Assembly: GCA_038087875.1 (NCBI GenBank) | Contig: CM075990.1 | Location: 7,566,001 to 7,630,000 of the forward strand | Source of the DNA: Malacoraja senta | Taxonomy: Eukaryota | Direction: 5' to 3' | DNA: 64,000 nucleotides | Shown: positions 38,841-51,330 of the stretch, one piece after another | Layout of the letters: each line of letters begins with the position of its first letter | Position numbering within the stretch: the first letter of the stretch is position 1 | Notes under the pieces: generated by a model | The model's database searches: none | The model's input: the letters and a program-made list of their open reading frames with translations, nothing else | Told to the model about the DNA's origin: nothing | Program-made: the position numbers and the translations under genes

Positions 38841-40160
38841 TTCAACCAGGCATGACTTGGTTTGAGTTACTTTGACAAGGAGTGTCACAGATGTTTGTCC
38901 AGATGTGAAACTAGAGCATGAAGAGGTTTGGCCACAGCTGGTGACGAGGTCAGTCATTGGCACTTGAAGCAGGCCATTTATCCAGATGTGTCATAGTAAC
39001 TGGACCAGATTTACAACAAAATTGGTCAAATGCCAATCCAGGTGTTCGACCATATTTGTCCTAGGTATTAGGTCAGGTTTAATTTTTAGGTTAGAAATAC
39101 AGCGTGAAAACAGGCCCTTTGGCCCACCAAGTCCATGCCGCCCTGCAGCACTATCCTACACAAATTAGGGACAATTTACAATTCTTACTGAAGCCAATTA
39201 ATCTACAAACCTGCACATCTTAGGAAACCGGAGCACCTGGGGAAAACACACGTAGTCATGGGGAGAAGATACAAACTCAGTACAGACAGCACCCGTAGTC
39301 TGGACTGAACCTGGGTCTCTGGCGCTGTAAGGCAGCAACTGTACCACTGCACCACCATGCCACCGTGGTACCAGGTGTTGAGAAAAGATGTCCCAGGTGT
39401 TTGAGGTCTTGTATGTATCTTATTGGGCACAGCTGCTTTACCAAGTATGCCGTTTGTGCCTGTCCCACCAAGGGACAGATATGGAGGAGGGCCATCATGA
39501 ACCGTGGTCAGATGTGATGCAGATGATTGATCAGTTGTGTCGTGGACAAGTTATTGCGACACATCTGGGCAAATGGCCTGCTTCACATTTGGTTAAATAT
39601 CTGTTAACACTCCTGTGGGCATAAAATCAACCAAGTGTACACCTGTACCATGTTCTGTGGCTCGACATTCTGTGGCGTGTCTGGTCGAGCCCCACTGTCA
39701 CATCTAGCTGGACATGTGGCGCACCAGGCCAAACAATCGCAACACATCTGACCATAAATTCCTGCAGCATCTGGGTCACACTGCCTCTGTTGACCCCCCT
39801 AACACACCAGAGCCACATCCGGTCACACCGTGTCACACCTGCTCATGTGCCAATGACAGACCTGGTCACCAGCTGTGGCCACACCTCTTCATGCTCGACT
39901 TCCACATCTGGACAAGCATCTGCGACACTCCTTGTCAAAGTAACCCAGGTCTCGACCTGAGGCATCACCCCTTCCTTCTCTCCAGAGACGCTGCCTGTCC
40001 CGCTGAGTTACTCCAGCATTTTGTGCCTATCTTCGCGGTAAACCAGCATCTGCAGTTCCTTCCTACACGGTAAACCAAGTCATGCCTGGTTGAATATCCT
40101 CATCATACCTTGTCAGGCAGCCATTCAACACCTGGCCAAACAGCTGCTCCACATCTGGTG
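38841..40160. mobile_element. Old foldback/MITE-like element rich in CANNTG, carrying a nested SINE and a Penelope unit
   Basis: 38841-38973 is the reverse complement of 39838-39945 plus 40072-40094. Confidence 0.7.
39080..39365 (-). mobile_element. HE1-type SINE nested in the foldback element
   Basis: Head, V domain and tail on the minus strand. Confidence 0.85.
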
Positions 40161-40909
40161 CGATGAACACTCTTTAGTGAAGCTGCGATTCTGTGTCCTT
40201 GTCTCTTGCTGCATTTCCGCTGCACCGCTGTAATTTATAATTCATGAACACTAAATTTAGTACCTGATTTTAGTTTGGGTTCTGAGAATTGATTTCCTGA
40301 GTGACATTGTGGTTGATCAAACAACCGAATTGGAGACTTTCTTTAATTAATAGACTTGTTTCTTATTTAATGTGTGGTCATAGGATTTTCAATATGGTTA
40401 AAGAGTTAATGTCAGGTGCATTGACTTGCTGAAAATGGCCGCTACGTGCAAGGGATATATCCTCTCTGAAGGAAGGTCACTGCATTGCACTGAAACTGGG
40501 ACATCGCCTGTGTTTTAAAATGAGGATTTTGCTGTTTGAAGGGTTCCATCTTTTAAGCTAATCGGAGGCTTTGAGTTAGTGGTCACTTGCGTGACGTTGC
40601 ATCTCTCTTGTCAGCACATTTGCTGTAGCATTAGCATACCCATGCCTCAGATAGTCATGGTGTGTCGCTATGAACACACACTGTTCATCTATCAACAGCA
40701 GCTTCCCATCCAGCACATTCACTCACTCACACTTTTGTGTTGTCCTGTGCATATAAGCATGCAGCTACGTGCATAGGAAGGAACTGCAGATGCTGGTTTA
40801 CACCGAAGATAGACACCAAACGATAGAGCAACTCAATGGGTCAGGCAACATCTCTGGAGAAAAGGAATAGGTGATGTTTCAGGTCGGAACCCTTCTTCAG
40901 ACTGGAACT

Positions 40910-41204
40910 ACATGTATGTGTACAGACACGGACTCACGTACTCATATTTGCCCACATGCATGAACTTACACATACATTTGTACATACATAGACCCACACA
41001 TCATGTGTTGGCATACACAAATGCACATGAGCGTACATATATGCAATCCATACAAGCATACATGTACACAAGTGTACACATGCATTTGAACATGCAATTG
41101 CACAAGTATGTGAGAAATACAATTGCACACTCACATGCGTGCAAATTCACCCATGTACATACACGTGCATGCAAAGACCATCATACACACACAGACAGAC
41201 ACAA

Positions 41205-41237
<33 letters not shown>

Positions 41238-41415
41238 GACACATATACACACATATACAGATCAGTCTGAAGAAGGGTCTCGACCCGAAACGTCACCCAT
41301 TCCTTCTCTCCAGAGATGCTGCCTGTCCTGCTGAGTTACACATACACAAACACACACATAGACACACAGACACAGACAGACACGCATATACAAACTCTCA
41401 CACACACACACGCAC
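40910..41415. repeat. Complex (CA)n/(CATA)n tract containing a Penelope unit
   Basis: Direct inspection. Confidence 0.9.
41267..41294 (+). ncRNA. Minimal hammerhead ribozyme core
   Basis: CTGAAGAAGGGTCTCGACCCGAAACGTC. Confidence 0.7.
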
Positions 41416-43119
41416 CCTGCAATTGCTTACTACTATATTTCACAGGATACTGACTAATAACAGATTCACCCAACTGATATCGGAAACCATAAGATGGACG
41501 CCAAGCCTGACCTAGACCTGGCCTCTTTCACAACCCAGGATCATGGGTTTCCACCTGAAACGTCACCTATTCCTTGTCTCCAGAGATGCTGTCTGACCCG
41601 CTGAGTTGCTCCAGCTTTTTGTGTCTATCCAGGATCGTAGAGGTTGTGCACTGCTGTCTCGACTGAGGAGAGCTCGCTTCAAGCTTTGTTCCGAGCCCTC
41701 CTGCCCCTTGGATGAGGAGCTACAAACGCAGTGGCCACTGCGAAACTGCATTGAGTTGCAGCCAAGAACCAGCTGGGTCAGAGTCGTGGGGCTGAGTGAG
41801 TGAAAGGCTTTCACTTTCTGCCTGCCTTGCCTGTGATGAAATGAATGTTAATGAATCTCGCAGAGATCAAAGGCTGGAGTGTAAATATTTATCGAGTAAC
41901 ATGGAATAAGCAGGATTTTAAAAAACAAGGTTTCCGGACACTGTAGGGAGCATCAAACTGGAACACTTCCCCCGGGTCACAGCCTATCAAACATCTCGTC
42001 AGATCATCCAGAGCCACATCATAGATCTGCAATTGCCATCGCGGTGAGAGTCCACTTCACAGAAAGAGCATGTGCATCCCAGAGGAGCCTCAACATCTAC
42101 GATATGCTTCATTGGAGAACAGCAGAAAGGAAGGTCCATCTAACAATAACGCCAAGCAACAGATCAACAGATAAACCACTGACTACAAGAAGCCACCAGA
42201 CCTCCTCAGGCCAGGCTTTAGCAAAGTGGTTCACCAACGACCTACAGCAGAGGAAGTCCACCGTCTTGTCCACCATGGGTCTAGCCAGTTGCACGCTCAT
42301 CTACCTCGAGTCCACCCTTGCCATGTTGGGCAGACCTACATCAAGAATAACCAGTGGCCACAGAAATGGGCTGGGCCCAATCCATTGTCATCCAGGAACC
42401 AGGCAGGCCTTAGTCTGGTTGCCAAAGCCCAGTCTGGCCTGGAGAAAGTACACACCATCTTCTAATATCCCCATTGAACTAGGGATGCGATAGAGAGCTC
42501 TCAGAGTAAGGCCATTCCAGAGAAGACCTTATCTCAGCTTCCAGAATCTGGTTTCACCAGAGACCTTAACTCACTTCCCTGAACAAGGGATACCTCGATC
42601 AGCTCCTTCATTGGGCAGTGATTGGAACTCCTGCTGTTAAGATACACTGATATGTCATGAGGTGTTGGTTTAGTGGAGGTCTGTAAGTATACTGGTAATC
42701 TAGAGCCTGGATATCATCTAGAGACATGAGTTTATGTAAGATGCCACAGAGGGCTGTGGAGGCCAAGTCAGTGGATATTTTTAAGGCAGAGATAGATGTT
42801 CTTGATTAGAACGGGTGTCAAGGGTTATGGGGAGATGGCAGGAAAATGGGATCAGCAGGCAGAGATCAGCCAAGATTGAATGGCGGAGTAGACTCGATGG
42901 GCCGAATGGCCTAATTCTACTCCTATAACTTGTGAACTTGTGAAGATGAGAAATCTGAATTCAGTTAATCAAACAAATCTTCAATAAATGTTGGTATCAG
43001 GAATGGGAACCTTGAAACCACTGGATCATATAAAATAATCTGTGGAGGAGCCCGGCTTTCCTTATCCAGTTTTGTCCATGTGGCATCTCACACTCTGAAA
43101 TGGTGCTTCCAGCTACTCA

Positions 43120-43870
43120 ACTGAAGATTCAACGTAAGGTGATGGTTTTAGGTTCCAGTTCAAAGAGTGAGCAGAACATTCTGCTTGGAGATCGGTGCAG
43201 TGCTGGAAGGGGAATGGTGAAGGGGCTCTGCAATGTCTGGGGTCTTGCACGTGGAATATTGAAACCAAGTTAGTAATGGACCCACAATGTGCTCAAGTGT
43301 TCAGTGGTGATGTCCTTAAGGGCCTGTCCCACTTTCCCAAGTTAATCACGAATTCTCCCGAGTTTTCCCCTTGATTCAAACTCGCAGAATGTTCGTAGCG
43401 AGCCGTAGATATATCGTAGCGGCTCGTTATGCCAGCCGTAGGTACTCGGGGCATCAGGTAAGTCGGGACGTTTTTTCCAGCCTGATGAAAAATGTCCACG
43501 AGTAAAATAATAGCCCCGAGTACCTACGGTTGGCATAATGAACCGCTACGATATATCCACGGACTCCTACGGCTTCCTATGGACCCATTACGAACATTCT
43601 GCGAGTTTGAATCAAGGGGAAAACTTGGGAGAATTTGTGAATAACTCGGGAAAGTGGGACAGGCCCTTTAGATTCCCCACCAACCCTACGCCCAAGATCA
43701 CTATCAGCGGAGATCTGGTCAATCCCCTTTGGTGGCTTGCTGTCACCAGATTGGCTTTTATATATATCCTACCTTACGGAAGCAACCAACCTTCAAAAAT
43801 CCCGTCATTGGCTGTGAACTGCTTTAGCATGTCCTGAGATTGTGGAAAATGCCAGAGAAAGGCAAACATT
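43120..43870 (+). mobile_element. Ancient DeuSINE-like (SacSINE1/AmnSINE-type) element split by a MITE
   Basis: gatctggtca...gcttgctgt...ttggct...cttcaaaa...tcattggctgtgaactgcttt...gtcctgag resembles the Deu domain and tail. Confidence 0.5.
43319..43667. mobile_element. PIF/Harbinger-type MITE, family A
   Basis: TIR AGGGCCTGTCCCACTTTCCC; TTA on both flanks; almost wholly palindromic. Confidence 0.85.
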
Positions 43871-44039
43871 TCTCTCTTCCTTGAAATATCCTTCCCTGCT
43901 TCGGAGGCCCATGTGAAGAGTTCTACCGTATGGTGTAGAGAGCGGGGCGGCAGGTTGGTCAAGACTTCAAATGGCTGAGCCCAAGGCAAATCCCCAAAGT
44001 TTGCTGGTTTGTGCCTCTATTGAGGAGATGCATTGAACT

Positions 44040-45480
44040 TTATGCCAGATATAATCTCATTAAATCAGGGGCAATATTCCTGAAACTGATTTTGACTGGA
44101 GACTCTGACGTTCTGGGCAGATGGAGTTGGCCAGAGTTGACTGTGCTAGCGCGCTGAATACGCTGGTGAATTTCAGCATTGATGGCTGCCTTTGCAGAGA
44201 TGTGGCTCCCAAGATATGGAAGGGGCTCATTGTTCTGCGGTGTCTCATTGTGGCCCTTTACTGTCAGGGAGCAGTGTTCTGCAGCGAGGACAAGCTGGCA
44301 ATGGCCTTTGTTTTGCAGATTTGTGTTATCTCGCATGCTTCAGTGAATAAATCATCAGTGCCTTGCAGCATATCTGCACTCTGCAGCTCAGTGACTAAAG
44401 TTGGGCGATCGTTGCTCTGCAGTTTGAGCTCTTTCCCGTTCGCTCTGAAGGTTAGCTCCAGTCTTATTTTTTTTTTGGAGATAAAGTGAAGTCGGGCGGA
44501 TTGAGAGAAGATAGACACAAAATGCTGGAGTAACTCAGCGGGACAGACAGTATCTCTGGATAGAAGGAATGGGTGACATTTCAGGTCGAGACCCTTCTTC
44601 AGATTGAGAGAAATGTTGAGACAATGCCACTGCCTTGCTGACCACCATTTTGTACTGAGATTGACCCAGTTTTTCACCCATGGATTAAGATCGCAGTTGG
44701 TACGTCATCATAGAGTTACAGAGCTCAGAGCCATAGCGCTGTACAAACCCAGAAACAGGATCTTTGGCCCACCTTGATCACACTGGGCTAGTCCAATTTG
44801 CCTGCATTTGGCCGAGAGCCTTCTAATCCCATCCCACCAGTCTAAAGCATGAAGAGCCTCCTGCTGTTGACAAGTTTTGGTGAAGACAGCTATGACGGTG
44901 GCATCTATGATACGTTCATGTTCATAGGTTCTAGGAGCAGCATTAGGCCCTTCGGGCCATCAAGTCTACTCCACCATTCAATCATAGCTGATCTGTCTTT
45001 CCCTCTCAACCCCATTCTCCTACCTTCTCCCCATAACCCCTGACATAACCCCTACTAATCAATAATCTATCAATCTGCGCCTTAAAAATACCCAATGACT
45101 TGGCCTCCACAACCATCTGACCCCTTTTCCCAGTGTGTCCCATTTTCAGAGATGAGGATGAGTTTAACTGACATTTCTCTCCATTGAGGTTTAGAACTTC
45201 AGCTGGGAGATCATCTGTTCACCAAGCCTAGTTGTTTCTCAGTTGACATGTGGCCTTCAGACTCCCCATGGTAGTAGTGGTGGGAGCAACAGTTCACAGT
45301 GAGATAGAGTCAAGGGTGATGGACTTCAAGGACAGAGCCGTGGTTAAGGAGTTATTCCAATGTTCCTTCCGGCATGTCCTGACTGCCTCTCTCTACTTAA
45401 TAAGCACATCTCCCTTCCTGGTTATCAAACGAATGGACCTGGGATGTGTGATCCATAAATGGCCTTGACAACAGTGAGAA
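44040..45480 (-). mobile_element. Degraded RTE-clade ORF with nested insertions
   Basis: VKAIYG; TELQSAD (LQYADD equivalent); PYLGSHISAKAAINAEIHQRIQRAS. Confidence 0.65.
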
Positions 45481-45544
45481 ATTAACCTGTTATTGATATC
45501 AGCAAACCACTAAGTGCTACATTAGCTCAACAGGTCAGGCAGCA

Positions 45545-46045
45545 TAGAGCATAGAGCAGTACAGCACAAGGACAGGCCCTTCGGCCCACAATTTCTGTGC
45601 CGAACATGGTTCCAAGACCATCTCTGATCTATCTGCCATATTCCTCCATTCCTTGGCTATTCATACATCTATCCAAAAGCCACAGCTGCCACTGTCACAT
45701 CTGCCTCAACCACCAACCCTGGCAGTGCGTGTCAGGCACTCACTGCCATCGGTGTAAAAAACTTGTCCACACACATCTCCCATCAATTTTGCCTCTCTCA
45801 CCTAAAAAGCTGTGCCCTCTAGTATTTTTGTTTCCATCCTGGGAAAAAGGTCTACCCAATCTATCCCACATAACGTTAGAAACTTCCATCAGGTCTCCCC
45901 GCAATCTCAATATTCCAGAGAATACAATCCAAGTCTATCCACCTCTCCCTGTCGCTACTATCCCCTAATTCAGACACCATTCTGGTAAACCTGCTCTGCA
46001 CCCTTTCCAAAGCCTCCATATCCTTCCTGTAATGCGGCGACCAGA
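45545..46045 (-). mobile_element. CR1-type LINE 3' fragment
   Basis: (CATAGAG)n tail and ggcccttcggccca terminus. Confidence 0.7.
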
Positions 46046-46046
46046 A

Positions 46047-46365
46047 GGGGCGGCACAGTGGCGCAGCGGTAGAGTTGCTGCCTTACAGCGCTTGCAGCAC
46101 CGGAGACACAGGTTTGATCTCGACTACAGGTGCTGTCTTTACCGAGTTTTACCTTCTCCCCGTGACCGCGTTGGTTTTCTCTGAGATCTTCTGTTTCCTC
46201 CAACACTCCAAAGACGTACAAGTGTGCAGGTTAATTAGCTTGGTGTATGTGTAATTTGTCCCCAGTATGTGTAGGATAGTGTTAATGTGCGGGGATCGCT
46301 GGTCGGCGCGGACTCGGTGGGCCAAAGGGCCTGTTTCTGCGCTGTATCTCTAAACTAAACTAAAC
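46047..46365 (+). mobile_element. HE1-type SINE, full length
   Basis: A/B boxes, V domain, tail. Confidence 0.9.
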
Positions 46366-47074
46366 GTACAGAATACTTCAAATGTTCCCCAACCTTTGTC
46401 CTATAAAGCTGCATCACGACATCTGGACTGTTATATTGCCCTGACATAAGAAGGCAAGCATGCCATATGCCTCCTTTACGAGTCAATTGTGGAGGGAATG
46501 GACAGATGACATTTTGGGTCGGGACCCTTCATCAGATTGTTATCAGCAAGTCGGCGGAGCTTGTGGGTTTTGTCCACTCCTGAGTTCCAAGTTCCTAAGT
46601 TTAGTTGATTGTCACGTACTGAGGTGCAGAGGAAAGCTTGTTTGGTTGCATGCTGACCAGTCAGTGGAACGACAACATATGATTGTCTTTCCGCTCACCA
46701 TCCTTTCTCCAGATCAGGGCGACCCTGTTGGCCTTCAACCCCCAAGTACCTGCATTGCTGTGCCTGTTGACAGGAAACACTGTGCCTCTCTCCACAGTCG
46801 CTGCCTAACCTGCTGAATATTTCCAGCATGTTCTGCTTTTGTACCAGGTTTTGCAGCATCTTGTCATTTTGTGCTTGCCCATGCATAGTCCCTCCCCATC
46901 TCTGGGAGGTTCCTTCACACTGTATTTCTTCTGCATGTCTTGCCTGCAGATATTTATAGGCAGATTTCTTCCGTCCGTGTTCGGATTTGTCTTTTCCCAG
47001 ATATCTCCATTCCCCTACACCTATGCTGTCTTGCTGTGCATGAGTGTTAAAACACTTCAAGCGCCGACACTCAC

Positions 47075-47120
47075 CCACACACACATCGAGCATAACATCA
47101 ACGTATCTGCCGGATGTTAG
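47075..47120 (-). CDS. Candidate exon of an unidentified host gene (LTSGRYVDVMLDVCV; possible ATG at 47093)
   Basis: Acceptor aattctctctgcag and consensus donor G|GTGAGT. Unique sequence; ends in phase 1. Confidence 0.45.
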
Positions 47121-48023
47121 CTGCAGAGAGAATTCTGCTACCTCAGCACTTCCCGGGCTCCCAGATCCCAGCCAAGATCCGTCAGCAGATCAGGCACCGG
47201 CGTAAGGAATCACAACAAAGGCAACAGCGGGAAGGGAAGAGGCAGCACCATAATCAAGGCAGCAGATTCTGTCACCTGCTGGGGAACTGATCATGCAGCC
47301 CCTTCTGCCATTCAGCCCATCACATCATGATATAGCTTCGTATCACAGTGCCATGTTTTACAACTTTAATTAGGCCACCTTTGGAGTATTGCATGCAGTT
47401 TTGGTCACCCCATTATACGAAGGATGTGCAGGCTATGGATAGGGTGCAGGGGAGGTTTACCAGAATGATGAATGGATTGGAAAGTATATACTACAGGGAG
47501 AGGTTGGACAGACTTGGATTGTCTTCTCTCCGCTCTTTCACTTCTTCTCTCCCATCCCTTAACCAAATCCTTTTCCATCTCCTCTCCCCCCGCCCCCCCC
47601 CTCCCAACCCTCATCCACATGGTTAACAGAGAGAGAGAAGATTTCAGACCAAGCACTGTTTGATTTCAAGTGAGTTGTGAGAATAACTCACTGCCTTCCC
47701 CTGGTTGCCAAGAGGTCTACCCAGGGACATTTGGTGCTTTACGGCTCATTAGTGCGTTCAGATGTTGTATGGGTAGCACGGAACACTGCTGGGCTGATCC
47801 TTTGCAGCCATCAGGTTGTGCATTCACTGATGTGTGCCTTTGACTGGTAGACGAACAGCTCACTGACCATGGGCCGGGCCGGCCTGCTCCTCTCACCTGC
47901 TTCATTTACCCTCAGAGCCCAGAGCCCAGAGCCCAGCCTTGGCGTAGCCGGCTCAGTGACTGTGCCTTGCTGCTGGGCAATGTTGAATGCCATCAGACAG
48001 TCGATGGCGTGAATCCCTCACTG

Positions 48024-48494
48024 CAAGTTCACAAGTTCACAAATTATAGCAGTAGAATTAGGCCATTCGGCCCAGTGTCCACTCCGCCATTCAATCATGG
48101 CTGATCTCTGCCTCCTAATCCCATTTTCCTAACTTCTCCCCATAACCCTTGGCACCCGTTCTAATCAAGAATTTGTCCATCTCTGCCTTCTGGTGCTGGA
48201 CTCTCCCATCCTCTCCACATCCACCCTATCTATGCCTTTCATTATTCTGTAAGTTTCAATGAGGTCCCCCCTCAACCTTCTAAACGCCAGCGAGTGGAGG
48301 CCCAGTAGAGGCCCAGTGCTCATCATATGCTAACCCCCTCACTTTCTAGATTAGGACGGGTGTCAGAGGTTATGGAGAGAAGGCAGGAGAATGGGGTGAG
48401 GAGGGAGAGATAGATCAGCCGTGATGATATGGCGGAGTAGACTTGATGGGCCGAATGGCCTAGTTCTGCTCCAATCACTGACGACCTTATGAAC
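48024..48494. mobile_element. Inverted pair of CR1 3' ends
   Basis: Minus copy at about 48024-48345, plus copy at about 48346-48494. Confidence 0.8.
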
Positions 48495-48781
48495 ACCCGC
48501 GGGTAGTCATAGCCGGGCCAGGCAGCGATTGATCCACAGCCTGCGGGAGTGAGCTCGGAGCTGCAGCGATTGTAATTCCAGCCCAGTCGCTGGGTAGCCG
48601 GTTACAGCTCCTTGTTGCACCAATCACAATTGATGATTCAGTCCAGCTTCAGTCCAGATAAAAACCTTCCTCAGCCTTGTTTAAAAAAAGTGAAGGGAGA
48701 AAATTGCGCAGGATATGTCTGTCATATTATGATTCCCGTTGGCTACAGGCCTGCTGGCTGAAGGCTGCTATTGTTTTTAAA

Positions 48782-49083
48782 CTTTAGAGCTGCAGCATGG
48801 AAACAGGCCCTTCAGCCCATGGTTCACACTAGTTCTATGTTATCCCACTTTTGCATCCACCCCCCCACACAATAGGGGCAATGCATGGAGGCCCATTAAG
48901 CCGCAAACTCGCACGTCTTTGGGATGTGGGAGGAAACTGCAGCACCCAGAGGAAAACCCACGCACGCGGTCACAGGGAAGAACGTACAAATTCCATACAG
49001 GCAGCACCCGAGTTCAGGATCGAACCCGAGTCTCTGGCGCTGTGTAGGCAGCGACTCCACCAGATGCGCCACCGTGACGCCCT
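48782..49083 (-). mobile_element. HE1-type SINE variant
   Basis: Head, V domain and tail on the minus strand. Confidence 0.8.
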
Positions 49084-49324
49084 AAAGTGGTACCGTTGTT
49101 TAAAAAGGCGGAAGGGACAGAGCAATGAACTGCAAGCCTCTCAAACTAACGTCATAGCAGGGCAAACTGCTAGACTACGTCCCGAGGGATGGCATAAGTC
49201 AGCATTGATGGAGGCACACATTAATCACAGATAGTCAGTGTGAAATTGTTAAGGGAAGTTGTGTCTGGATGTTGATGAATTTAAAAAAAAAAGATAACAA
49301 GGAAGGTTATAGTGAAAATGATGT

Positions 49325-49565
49325 TCTCACCCAGAGAGTTGTGAATCTGTGGAATTCTCTGCCACAGAATGCAGTGGAGGCCAATTCACTGGATGTATTC
49401 AAGAGAGAGTTAGATATAGCTCTTAGGGCTAACAGAATCAAGGGATATGGGGAGAAAGCAGGAACGGGGCACTGATTCTGGATGATCAGCCATGATCATA
49501 TTGAATGGTGGTGCTGGCTCGAAGGGTCAAATGACTTACTTCTGCACCTATTTTCAATGTTTCTA
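49325..49565 (+). mobile_element. CR1-type 3' end
   Basis: TQRVVNLWNSLPQNAVEA. Confidence 0.85.
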
Positions 49566-49601
49566 ATCACAAACATGGAAACAGGCTCTCAGTCTCTTCA
49601 G

Positions 49602-49712
49602 AAGGGTTTCAGAAGAGTCTGAAGAAGGGTTTCGGCCCGAAACGTTACCTATTTCCTTCGCTCCATAGATGCTGCTGCACCCGCTGAGTTTCTCCAGCAT
49701 TTTTGTGTACCT
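49602..49712 (+). mobile_element. Penelope-derived mini-element with 15-bp TSD
   Basis: TCTCAGTCTCTTCAG at 49587-49601 and 49713-49727. Confidence 0.85.
49619..49646 (+). ncRNA. Minimal hammerhead ribozyme core (UUCG-capped stem II)
   Basis: CTGAAGA-A-GGGT(TTCG)GCCC-GAAACGTT. Confidence 0.6.
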
Positions 49713-49759
49713 TCTCAGTCTCTTCAGCTCGTTGAGTCCATGATGATCATCAAACACTC

Positions 49760-50368
49760 ACAGTGGTGCAGTGGTAGAGCTGCAGCCTTACGGCACGAGA
49801 GACCTGGGTTCGATCCTGACTACAGGTGCTCCCCGTGACCTGCGTGGGTTTTCTCCAGGATCTCCGATTTCCTCCCACATTCCAAAGACATACAGGTTTG
49901 CAGGTTAATCGACTTGGTAAAATTGTAAATTGTCCCTGCGCAGGATGCGTTAGTGTGCGATGATCGCTGGTCGGCGTGGACTAAAGGGCCTGTCCCACTT
50001 TCCCGAGTTATTCACGAATTCTCCCGAGTTTTCCCCTTGATTCAAACTCACAGAATGTTCGTAACGAGTCCGTAGGAGGCCTTAGGAGTCCGTAGATATA
50101 TCGTAGCAGCTCGTTATGCCAGTACTCGGGGCATCAGGTAAGTTGCAATTTTTCTCCTCTCTACTATTTTTTCCCTCGTGGACACTTTTTATCAGGCTGG
50201 AAAAAACGTCCCAACTTACCTGATGCCCCGGACTCGTTACGAACATTCTGCGAGTCTGAATCAAGGGGAAAACTCGGGAGAATTCGTGAATAACTCGGGA
50301 AAGTGGGACAGGCCCAAAAGTGGGCCGAAGTGCTTGTTTCCGCACTGTATCTTTAAACTAAACTAAAC
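49760..50368 (+). mobile_element. HE1-type SINE interrupted by a MITE
   Basis: Head at 49760; the tail resumes at about 50320. Confidence 0.85.
49985..50316. mobile_element. PIF/Harbinger-type MITE, family A, nested in a SINE
   Basis: Same TIR. It splits the SINE motif ggac-tNN-gtgggccgaag, consistent with a 3-bp TSD. Confidence 0.85.
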
Positions 50369-51069
50369 TCATCTAATCATCTGTATTAATCTCAGTTTAA
50401 TCTCCCCACATTCCCATCGTCTTCCCCCCAAGATTCTATTAATCGCTTGCACAGAAGGGGAAATTTGTAGTGGATAATGAAGCCGACCAACCCGCACGCA
50501 TCTTTGAGATGTGAGAGGAAACCGGAGCACCCAGAGGAAACACATGCGATCACAGGGAGAACGTGCAGACTCCACACGGGCAGCACCAGAGATCAGGATC
50601 GGACCTGGATTGCGCGAGGCGGCAGCTGTACTAGCAGCATTGCTGTACCACTACTATTTAAGACGGTACCTAAAGGGTTGATGAAGGGTAGGCAAGGATT
50701 TTAGCAAAGTGTTTGAGAAAATCTCACATGCAAATTGATCAGGAAAGTCAAGCCCTTGAGATGTGAAGGAAAGTGAACTTGAAATGAGTCAAAGAGAAAT
50801 AGCTCAGTAATTGGGGGACTGAATTTAATGGAATTCCACAGGGCTGAACTACCCTTACTATAATGATTTGAACCTGGAGGGTCTGTGATTAAGCGGTCTG
50901 GCAATGGTACCAAAACTGGGTTTAATTTTAAAAGTAACATGTTTCTAGGCTGCAGGAAGATATATTGGATGCACTGAAGGGGCAAATGTAATGTAATCCA
51001 AATAAATGTGTGGCCATGGAATTGGTAGAAGCATCAGTGCTGGAATAACTCAGCAGGTCAGATAGCTTA

Positions 51070-51330
51070 CGTTCACAAGTTATAGAAGTAGAATTAGACC
51101 ATTCGGCCCAATGAGTCCACTCCGCCATTCAATCATGGCTGATCTCTGCCTCCTGATCCCATTTTCCTGCCTTCTCCCTATAACCCTTGACACACATTCT
51201 AATCAAGAATTTGTCTATCTTTGCCTGAAAAATATCCACTGACTTGGCCTCCACAGCCCTCTGTGGCGATGAGCCACAGATTAACTACCCTCTGACTAAA
51301 GAAGTTCCTCCTCACCTCTTTTCTAAAAGA
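51070..51330 (-). mobile_element. CR1-type 3' end
   Basis: RRNFFSQRVVNLW. Confidence 0.8.

Noticed and set aside
42000..42600. 149-aa ORF at 42044-42493
   Set aside because: No splice or domain support; more likely a highly decayed LINE (possibly Tx1-like) remnant that I cannot classify.
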